From the NCBI GenBank assembly GCA_951406725.2, contig OX597818.1, forward strand, positions 25,668,001-25,732,000: DNA of 64,000 nucleotides. The letters run 5' to 3'. The number at the start of each line of letters is the position of its first letter. Positions within the stretch are counted from its first letter, which is position 1. Made by a program: the position numbers and the translations under genes. Source of the DNA: Octopus vulgaris (taxonomy: Eukaryota). The notes below the pieces were generated by a model that was given only the letters and a program-made list of their open reading frames with translations, searched no databases and was not told where the DNA came from. Of the stretch, positions 54,244 through 64,000 are shown piece after piece.

Positions 54244-54470
54244 TTAACCCTTTAGTGTTTTAACCGGCCATATCCGGCCCAAATATTCTATGTTTTATAT
54301 TCAAACTGGCAATATCTAGCCTTTCACACCTAACCTACAATGCCATTCTAAAAATAAACAATCACATCATTGAAACCTCAAAGCTATAAGATAATGCTTG
54401 ATTAATTCAAAACAATTTGAATTAAAAAAATATTACATTTAACAGTGTAATCTGAACACTAAAGGGTTAA
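54244..54470. mobile_element. piggyBac-type MITE. Another copy at ~62030-62254
   Basis: TTAA target sites and TIR ccctttagtgtt / aacactaaaggg. Confidence 0.9.
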
Positions 54471-54820
54471 GGAAAGTAAAAAAAGTGATAAATGCAAAAG
54501 GCTAAATGGATGGGTATGTGTAAAAGAATTCAGTACTCAGCATTTTGGCTACAATAGTTGAAGGTTAAAAGTTCAATTATTTTTGATAGTGGTTTAGTTC
54601 AGGCTTTTGCATTTATGTGTATGATTGTATGTATATGTATTTTATTTTGTGGGGAATTGTATATTTACATATATGCATGTGAATGTATGCGTGTGTGTAT
54701 GTGTGTGTGTGTGTGTATAGTGGGAGAAAGATTGGTCATATGAGATAAAATTTCTTGTCTCTTGTTCAAAAGAGAAAATCTCTTTACAATGGCACCTATT
54801 CAGGTTTTGGACAAGCACAA

Positions 54821-54866
<46 letters not shown>

Positions 54867-55663
54867 ACAAGGGGCTATAGTAGGATATATTTGGTGTTAC
54901 ACACTGGTGCTAAATCCAGAAACATATAGCTAAGCAATGAAGCTCCTGCTACACAGACATGACTGTCTTACAACAGAGCTTATAAGAAAAAAAAACTGGT
55001 AAGTATATAACCAGCTTCGGAAAAATTCTTATTGATAATTATTATCAATTTGCATTTTATGTATATCTCTTTTAGTGTAACAACATGCAACAAATAAGAG
55101 TCTCTTTGGGATATTGTTAAATTTCTTTCTGATTTTTGCCAGAATATTTTTAAAAGGCGTAGTTTAGATGTACTTTAAATTTATAGTTTAACAACACCCA
55201 ACTTGATTTCAGTGAGAAATAATGTTTTTCCTTGTTTTTCTTTTTTCTTATGCTATCAACTATTATCATCTCCTAATATACTGAAAGACTTTTTTCTACC
55301 AAAATAAGTGTAGAGTGGGCCTTCGGAATTATATTTTCCTCATTTTTTTCATGTGCTATCAACTCATCTTGGCTTGTAGTATACTACAAAGGACTTTTTT
55401 CCCCCTTTGCAGTGTATTAGGAGATCAGAATAGTGGTTGTTTTTTTATGCCTAATAACTGCTATTTCTAGCATACTAAACAACCACATTAAGGTCTGGCT
55501 ACCTTTGAGTTTATTTTAAAGAGAGAGAAAAGTGATTTATACAACAAATTCCAATATAATTGCAATCTACACCATCTGAGACATATATGTAGAAAATTTA
55601 ATTTGCAAATTATCTACGTTTCTGAAAGTTACCACACACACATACACATACACATATATATAT

Positions 55664-55700
<37 letters not shown>

Positions 55701-55741
55701 TACATACACCCATATATATACACATATAAATATATACACAA

Positions 55742-56049
55742 TATCACGTGATCACGTGACCGACCAGACCATCAGATGTTGCTACACATCGCTGGTCACA
55801 ATGCGCTTGCATTGTTTTAGCCTTCGAATGACGCCACCCCGCTGGCTAAGCGAGCAGGCCAACAGAAGAAAGAGTGAGAGGAGGAGTGGTGAAAGAGTAC
55901 AGCAGGGATCACCAACCCCTGCCGGAGCTTCTTGGAGCTTTTTAGGTGTTTTCGCTCAATAAACACACACAATGCCCGGTCTGGGAATCAAAACCGCGAT
56001 CCTACGACCGCGAGTCCGCTGCCCTAACCACTGGGCCATTGCGCTTCCA
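55742..56049 (-). mobile_element. Young tRNA-derived SINE (OR1-like, tentative)
   Basis: Minus-strand head gcgcaatggcccagtggttagggcagcggactcgcggtc...ggttttgattccc (A and B boxes), CpG-rich. Confidence 0.85.
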
Positions 56050-57129
56050 CAATATATGTATGTATTTATATATATGCATATTATCATCCTCATCATCTAA
56101 AGTCTGTTTTCCATGTTGGCATGGGTTGGACGGTTTAACAGGGGCCAACAAGCCAGGTGTTACGTCTGGCACCTGTCTGGTTTGGCATGGCTTTTGTGGC
56201 TGGATGCCCTTCCTAATGCCACCACTTTCAGCGTGGACTGAGTGTTTTTATGTGGCATTGCATGGAAGCATGGTTTTAATGGCTGGATGTCCTTCCTAAT
56301 GCCACCACTTTACAGCATGGACTGGGTGCTTTTATGTGACACCAACACGGGCCATATATATATTTTTATATATATATTTATCAAAAGAAAAGACAGGATG
56401 CAAAGGATTTTGCGGTACATATGTTTCTGGCTTTACTGAACAATTTATATCAATGCATATCAATATATATTTATATATATATACATATACATATGTATTA
56501 TATATACACACACACATACATACACACATATATATCATATACACGCACATACATATATATATATATACACATACATATATACACACACACATAAAAATAT
56601 ATATACATATCTATTTACTAGATCACCTAATATGCCGCAAACAGGAAAAAAGCCCTTTGCAGTATAATAGAAGGTAAGATTAGTTGATAGCACCTGAGAG
56701 CAAACTGAGGGAAAAAAAACTCCGAGGTGAGTGTGGGGAGGGAATTTCCAAGGTGCAAGTTGACTGGGAACCTGGGGCCCACCAAAATTGTTCCCAATTG
56801 GGCCCCGCACCTCCTCAGGCCAGCCATGACTGTTGTGGTGAAATACTGACACCCCTGTAGGATAGCAAGGGAACTGTCTTAAATCTTGTAAAGGCACATG
56901 TATACTGACAGTGCAAAGTACAGTGTGTGCAGTCATATTTGTGAAGGCAGTCATAGAAGTTGTTGAGAAGAGATATAAGCTTCTTACGTGTTTGTTACTG
57001 GTTTAGTTTTTGTAGTGTTATAACACTCTTACAGCGTAGTTTATATCCAAACTCAAGAATATAAGATATACACACTTTAACAGCTGGTAACTCAACTTTC
57101 ATATCTTTTTAGGTTTAACTTGTCAGAAA

Positions 57130-57450
57130 TAATGAAGGAAACCAGACAAATCTATCCTAAACTGCTACTGGAAGTTTGAAAATGCAGTCAAGTGCAAAAA
57201 CAGTTTAGGCGGGATTTTTAAACAGTTTCACTCATGAGACTTTCCATCACTTGAATTATAGATTAGTTTGAAGCTGATGGAACTGTTCAGAACATACACA
57301 AGAAACATTCTAGAAGACTATGGATATTTTTGATACCTAACAAAAAGGACTTGAGAAGTATTACCAGAATTCAAGAAAATCTGTGCAGCAAGGAAGTTAT
57401 GATACAGGAGTTTCAAAATCAAGAGTCCATCATATTTTGAAGTGCTGCCA
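57130..57450 (+). pseudogene. Tc1/mariner-superfamily transposase N-terminal remnant (DUF4817-like HTH)
   Basis: ILNCYWKFENA..VQKQFRRDF...FEADGTVQNIHKKHS.R. Confidence 0.7.
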
Positions 57451-57727
57451 ATAGAAAAGTTACTTTCCAAGAATAGCACTTGTTCTTAACGAAGATGATC
57501 TGCACCGAAAAGTGGAATTTTACCAGTGATGCTTGGTAATTAATTACCACAATTACCTATTAGGGACCTAAGAATCCACATATTATGAAAAAGCATAATG
57601 TTAATTGACCAAGAATTATAGTTTAGTGCAAATTAGCAAAATACTATTACCTTTTTTTAAAATGAAATGTATTTTTAATAAACATTGACTTTATAATAAC
57701 TAAATGAATGTATACATTTTTGAAACA

Positions 57728-57764
<37 letters not shown>

Positions 57765-57977
57765 AAAAATATATATAAAAATACAAAATGGGACAAGAAC
57801 GCAAAACATTCAAATAGACGACATAAAAAGCGGATGGGTCATTCGAAGCCTCTAATCTTCAGTCAAGAACCGGATCATCCTCGCAATTTCGGCTGATTAA
57901 TCTTGAGATCGCTCCGATCTGGCCAGCCCCAAGGAAAAACTAAGCTACGAGCATTAGATATATATACATATCGTTGT

Positions 57978-58750
57978 AATCATCATCATCATCATCATCA
58001 TCATCTTCATCATCATCATTTAATGTCCATTGTCCATGCTGGCATGGGTTGGACAGTTTGACCAAAGCTGGCAAGCTGAGGAGCCACACCAGATTCCAGT
58101 CTGATTTGGCACGGTTCCTACAGTCGGATGCCCTTCCTAAAGTCAACCACTTTACAGAGTGTGCTGGGTACTTTTATGTGGCACCATATAGGTGTTTTTA
58201 TGTGGCACTGCATGGGCACTTTTACGTGGTAACACATGGGTGCTTTTATGTAACATTGCCATGAGTGCTTTACATCACCAGAGGAACCAGCCTTGACACT
58301 TCTACTGTGGAGTATGGGTTTTCTTGGATACAACAAGGTACCAGGCATCTCAGTCCTTTGTCATTCATCTCACTTGAAAGGTTCAGTAACCTGAGGTTGT
58401 TCTTCAGTACTTCATCCCATGTATTCCTTGGTCTTCCACTTTCATATGTTCCATCTACTTTACAAGATTGGAACTTCTTTATGCAACTGTCCTTATCCAT
58501 TTGCATCACATGATCAAACCAGTGCAGTCTTCTCTCTTGCACACAGAAACTGATTCTTCTTATGCCTAATTTCTCTCTTAAAACACCAGCACTCTGTCAA
58601 ACATGTACACTTACATTACACATCCAGCAGAACATACTAACCTCATCCCTTTCTAACCTTTGCATGTCCTCTAAATTCAGGGCCCATGTCTCACTACCAT
58701 GTAGAATTGCTGTCCATATACATGCATCATCCAGTCTTACTTTCACTTGT
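57978..58750 (-). mobile_element. 5'-truncated RTE LINE with (GAT)n tail, abutting an oppositely oriented tail copy at 58750-59000
   Basis: AILHGSETWAL..EDMQRLERDE and QERRLHWFDHVMQMD...GRPRNTWDEV. Confidence 0.88.
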
Positions 58751-59004
58751 GGAGGTGCAGATGCTGGTCGTAGCCAGTACCGCCTGACTGGCACTCATGC
58801 CAGTGGCACGTAAAAGCACCCACTACACTCTCAGAGTGGATGGTGTTAGGAAGGGCATCCAGCTGTAGAAACTTTGCCAGATCAGATCAGATCAAAGCTG
58901 TAGAAACTTTGTCAGATGCAGCTTTCTGGCTTGCCAGTCCTCAGTCAAACCGTCCAACCCATACCAGTATTGAAAGTGAAAGTTAAACAACAATGATGAC
59001 GAAA

Positions 59005-59730
59005 AATAGCTAGTTATAGAATCTCAAGAAGAGATAGAGTAGTAACATATACTAGACAGTAAAGCGAATCACCACATCAACGTGGCCCAGAAGATTCTCT
59101 GCCAGTTGATTATCAGTGCAATGCTTTGCACCCTTTATATACAATATATCGCTAGCAGAGGGAGCAAACCCCTCCTACCCTCTAGCAACTAGCAGATCAT
59201 GGGACTGATTCAGTTTCACTTTACTGTTTAGTATATATTACTAATCTATCTCTACTTGAGATTTTACAACTAACTTTTTTGCCTCTTGAAAATCAGTGAT
59301 TGACGATCACTTTGTTTACAATATATCGTTGGCAGAAGTGGATCTTAGCTATTGCTCCAGTGTGCAGGTGCTCGTGGCTGAGGACGAGCCAAATAGCTCA
59401 AAACTGAGTCAGTGCTGTGATCCCATTAGCTACTGGAGGGTAGTAGGAGTTCACTACTCCTGCAAGTGATACAAAAGGTACAGAGCATTGCACCAATAAC
59501 CAGCTGGCAGAGAATCTGCCTGGGGTTAAACTAGTTGTAACATTCAAGTGCCACTTTGATGTGGCTATTCGCTTTACTGTTTAGTATGCATTACTACTCT
59601 ATCTCTTCTTGAGATTTCATAACTAACTATTTTGCTTGTTGGAAATCAGTGACTGATGGTCACTTTGTTTTCAATATGCTGTTGGTAATAACAATTCAAG
59701 TGCCACTTTGATGTAGTGATTTGCTTTACT
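59005..59730 (+). repeat. Family B: ~353-nt monomer array (inverted partial copy plus ~1.4 direct copies)
   Basis: tttactgtttagtat recurs at ~59220 and ~59573. 59005-59216 is the reverse complement of ~59400-59635. Confidence 0.9.
59371..59416 (+). ncRNA. Type I hammerhead-like motif
   Basis: CTGAGGA-c-gagc caaata gctc-AAAA-ctga-GTC. The inverted copy at 59206-59216 preserves GAAActgaatc. Stem I is poorly paired. Confidence 0.55.
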
Positions 59731-59746
59731 ACATAAATATATATAG

Positions 59747-60330
59747 TAAAGATTATTTGCCAACATAATATGGCAGTCCTGGTTGGAACAGATGTTAGTG
59801 TTATTTAACCCCAGAAAACATCGTCTCCAGCTGGTTATATGACACACTATCTGTGTCCTTATATTTTCAAACAAGGGAGTTTAGCATCCCCACTCAGCCC
59901 AAAGCAATATCTGTATACCGTGCTTTCTGGGTTATTTTCTTTCATTAGCACAGAATAATTGATGGCGCTGCTAAATTCTTGTTCGAAAATATATAATTTT
60001 CAAAGTGACACATACTCTCTGGTCTAATAAATAAATAGAAAAGTTATTTCTAAATCTCTCAACAAGAGACATTCGGTAAACTTCCTTGTTCGAAAATATA
60101 AGGACACAGATAGTGTGTCATATAACCAGTTGGAGACGATGTTTTCTTGGGCTAAATAGCAGTAACATTCATCCCAACCAAGACTGCAACATTATGTTGG
60201 CAAATAATCTTTACTTTAGAGCTATATTACTGAATGTCTCTCATTGAGAGATTTAGAAATAATAATTTTTCTATTTATTAGATCAGTGACTGTGTGTCAC
60301 TTTGAAAATTATATATTTTCAAACAAGAAA
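59747..60330. repeat. Family A second locus (one minus-sense monomer plus one partial plus-sense copy), hammerhead-like motif at 59910-59954(-)
   Basis: Homologous to 5420-6119. Minus strand reads tctgtg-CTAATGA-aagaaaataaccca-GAAA-gcacgg-TA-tacaga. Confidence 0.88.
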
Positions 60331-60796
60331 TTAACTACTTTTTAGAGACTTTTTATTTCTCAGTGATATATAAAATAACCACTTCATTCCTTTGTTTGTT
60401 TCTATTGTTTTATATAACAACCACTTGCGTGGCTAAACAAGCAAAGCTCCTTAGTTGCTTGGCTAAACAAGCAACTTATTGTGTGGCTAAACAAGCAACA
60501 CTCCTTAGTTCAACAGCAGCTGATGAAGTGGAGAGTCACTGATTTAACTAGATATCTTGTTTGCAGTAATTATTTCATGTTTTCTTTTGGTTTTATATTT
60601 GAGGTTTATTCTTTGTTTAATTAACATGAACATCAAGTCATAGTGTCAACTGTCTGCTTAGTTGAGCTCTCTTGGTTATTAGATATCTCACATGAACTAA
60701 AATTGTACTGCCTTAGTTCATATGCATCTATCTACTATACATGTATATGTGTTTATGTATATATTTATGTGCATGTATGTGTATATATATGTGTGC

Positions 60797-60833
<37 letters not shown>

Positions 60834-60924
60834 CACACATACTCATATAATATATGTATGTATATGTGTGTACTTATATATCTATCTCTCTTTCTTTCTC
60901 TTTCTCTCTGTATATATGTGTGTG

Positions 60925-60956
<32 letters not shown>

Positions 60957-62809
60957 AATAAAAACAGATATAGATATATAAGTACAGACATACATACCTA
61001 TATTATATGGGTATGTATATATATATATATATATATACATATATATATACACACACACATACCTCAATCAAATACATTAATATGATCTGTTTCAAAAATA
61101 TTTGAAAAAGTTTTATAGAAAATTAGGAATCAATGAAATGCATTAAACGAGGTATATTATAAATGTAAGAAGAAAAAAAAAACAGATTTTTAGCAAATTA
61201 CATAATTCAAAACTAATTAAAGATTTCCAAGATCACACATTCACAAGAAATATCAAAAACGGACACTCAAGTAAACACACCTAAAGTTACACCTATACAG
61301 ACATAAAGTTATACTCATCACAGCATACACACATATACAAGCATACATACCTACACACACATGCACTGACCTAACTACGCACAAGCACATACCTTCATGC
61401 ATGCACACATACCTACACATATATGTATGCATCTAGCTACATGCACATGCACACACCCACACACATGCACATCTACATATGTGTATACTCACCTACATAC
61501 ATACCTGTGCATATACATACCTACACATATTCACACACCTATGCATACATGCACACACCTACACATACGCCTACATACACAGCTACACATACATGCTTAT
61601 ACACATATACAAGCACAATAAATACATTACACCTCATTTTATAATTTATTAATATACATTAATAAACAAATGTACTTGCATGCAAACAGAAATTTGGTAC
61701 CATATTTTTTTATGATTAATATATGTGTGTACACACATACAAACGTATACACATACTCACGCACACATACATGTGCACACATATATTTATGTATTTGACA
61801 TTTATAAAAATTGTGAAAAGAAAATTTGAAAAAACCTAAGTGCAGGAACTAATTTTTAAAAAAGATATAAGGTGGGAAGATAAAAAATAATAAAATGAAG
61901 AGTTTAACCTCTCAGCTCTTTTTTTAATATCTGAAACTTCTTTCTCTCTTAATGGATGTTGCATCAGTTTTAACAATGAGTATTCTGGTTGTTTGATTAA
62001 CAGAACAACCAACTCATTGACTCAGATCTCAACCCTTTAGCATTCATGTTACTCTGTCAAATGTAATGCTTATTTATTCACATTGTCTTGATTTAGTTGT
62101 GCACTCTCTCAGATATTTGAGATTTTGACAATGTGATTGTTTTAATAGAATGACCTTTTAGAGTAGATGTGAAAGGCTGGATCTGGCCAGTTTGAACATA
62201 AGACAGGTAGAACATTTGGGCTAGATATGACCAGTTTAACTCCTAATGGGTTAAGTAGTTGAATATTACACATAAACATATATCCTTAATGTAATCTTCA
62301 GGGAGAATCAGTATGAAACAGTGTATAATAAAGCAAACCCGTGATTTACAAAAACAGTCTATCTGTCTGGTTTACATACAAATTCCATCTATACAGATTT
62401 GAGGCAATGGCAGAAGACACTTGCTAAGGTGCTATGTAATGGAATCAGACAAGGAACTTATGATTGGGAAGTAAATTTATTAACCAATTGGCCATACCTA
62501 CACACTTGAAACTTTTCTCTCTCTTTCTTCCACCATTTTTTTTGTCTCCTTTATGTTATCCATACGTATAATATTGTAACACATACTATAAGAAGTGCTC
62601 ATCGGTGCCACATCTGTTCAAAAGACTGTAGGTCCCTAACAAGATTGAAAATCCACATCCATGCTGTTCATTAAAACAATGGACAATAAAAACCATATTT
62701 ACTTGTGAAACAAAAAATTAATGATAAACAGATCTGAAACAATACAAAGCAGCCAGAAATAACTTCAAGAGTGGAACAGGCTAAGCCTTTGTAAAAAGGA
62801 GATGAATGA

Positions 62810-64000
62810 CTACATATTGTCCCACACAACAATATCTGGCCAATTGTGTTTTAACTTGGTGGCTGTTTTAATGTTTAAGTTCTACCAATTTTCTTTTGAA
62901 CTATTGGTCTCAAAATAGTCAGCTTCATCTGTACGTGTTTTCTGGCCATTGCATCATTTCTCATGTGAAGATAGTATCTAGAAAACATTCTCTCACAGTT
63001 GGCAATAATGTGGTTGATGTCTTCAGTCTCGATCTTGCGCAGCCTACATTAGTTGTCTATCAATGTTTTCTGCCTTTCATGCTGTAGGTACTTGGTGGAG
63101 ATCTCTCATTCTTGAATTGCATAGGTGGCCTTTGGAGAGGGATGTCATAAACTTGTCAGTATTCCATGCGAAGCTTTTGATATGATCAACCCCTTCTATG
63201 GTTTGTGTTTTTCATGCCAAGTACTCATGCGAACTGGTTTTTTTAAAATTTTGTTCTTTTGATAAATAGATTTTATCAATGCTCCTTGGAGAGAGATCTA
63301 TATCAGCTCTTGTTTCACACCTCTCCTCAAGTTCTTTAGCTATTCTAATTATGTTTTTTTATTTCATGGTCACAAACTTTTTCCCCTGCTGCAGATGTTG
63401 TTTCAGTGTCACAATATGTGATTCATATGACATCAATACAGATCTGAGACTACAGCCACTATGTTTGCATGGAAAGTATAGCCTGTCTACATCTCTATTG
63501 ATGTGGAAGTTTCCTGTAATACTGAACAGCTTGCAAGTTTGAACGTCTATCTAATTGAGTTCTTGTAGAGATTAACTCAGAAAGCCAAACATTGGTATGA
63601 GCACAGGCAGTGCAAAGTGCTGTGGGCAATATGCTTGTTGTAAGCTGAGAGTTCTGATTATCATATTCTCTTTTCTCTCCTGAGGTATTTATTCCTGGTC
63701 CTTTCCTTATTTACAGGTCCATCATATCTGGCATTCTCATCCTGTCCAAGAGACCTCTAATTGTCACCTGACTGTTGAGGTTGTATTGTGAAGCAATTCA
63801 ATTTTAGGTTTTTAGAGGAGAGCACAATATTTCCATGTTCTGTTGTTAAAAATACACATTTAGACTCACCAACTTTCATTCCAATGTCTGTAGAAAACTG
63901 GGTTATAAGGTCAAATTGTTTTTTTTTAATGTTGTTGATATTTGGCTCATACATTTTCAGATTGTTGTCAAAAAAAATATGAGAGATACTTCTGCATTCA
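62810..64000 (-). mobile_element. Degenerate R4/Dong-like non-LTR retrotransposon (RT C-terminal part, CCHC knuckle, start of RLE)
   Basis: FSTDIGMKVGESKC, LGQDEN, ELSAYNK, CRL.K.ETEDINHIIANC and KHNWPDIVVWD on the minus strand. Confidence 0.85.

Noticed and set aside
60420-60500. CRISPR-like short direct repeats
   Set aside because: Only three 14-nt repeats with very short, partly repeated spacers, in eukaryotic DNA with no cas genes.

Overview
AT-rich, microsatellite-dense animal DNA, not prokaryotic. The SINE and LINE-tail families look like those of Octopus (inference). The window is mostly intronic transposon debris: mariner/Tc1 elements (three near full length, all pseudogenised), a ~2 kb internally deleted Helitron with both ends intact, Penelope-like (RT/GIY-YIG) remnants, R4/Dong-type RLE retrotransposon pieces, RTE and CR1-like LINE fragments, four tRNA-derived SINE families, and hAT/piggyBac MITEs. 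Almost all ORF-track entries are microsatellite or TE artefacts. One host gene is supported on the minus strand by two phase-compatible exons (28226-27916 and 68-1), possibly encoding the end of a macro domain. The most interesting signal is a set of hammerhead-ribozyme-like motifs in several non-coding repeat families. Two of these families have ~350-360 nt monomers in tandem plus inverted arrays, resembling retrozymes or Penelope pseudo-LTRs. Several long hairpins also occur. All ribozyme calls were made by eye, and most copies have core mutations.
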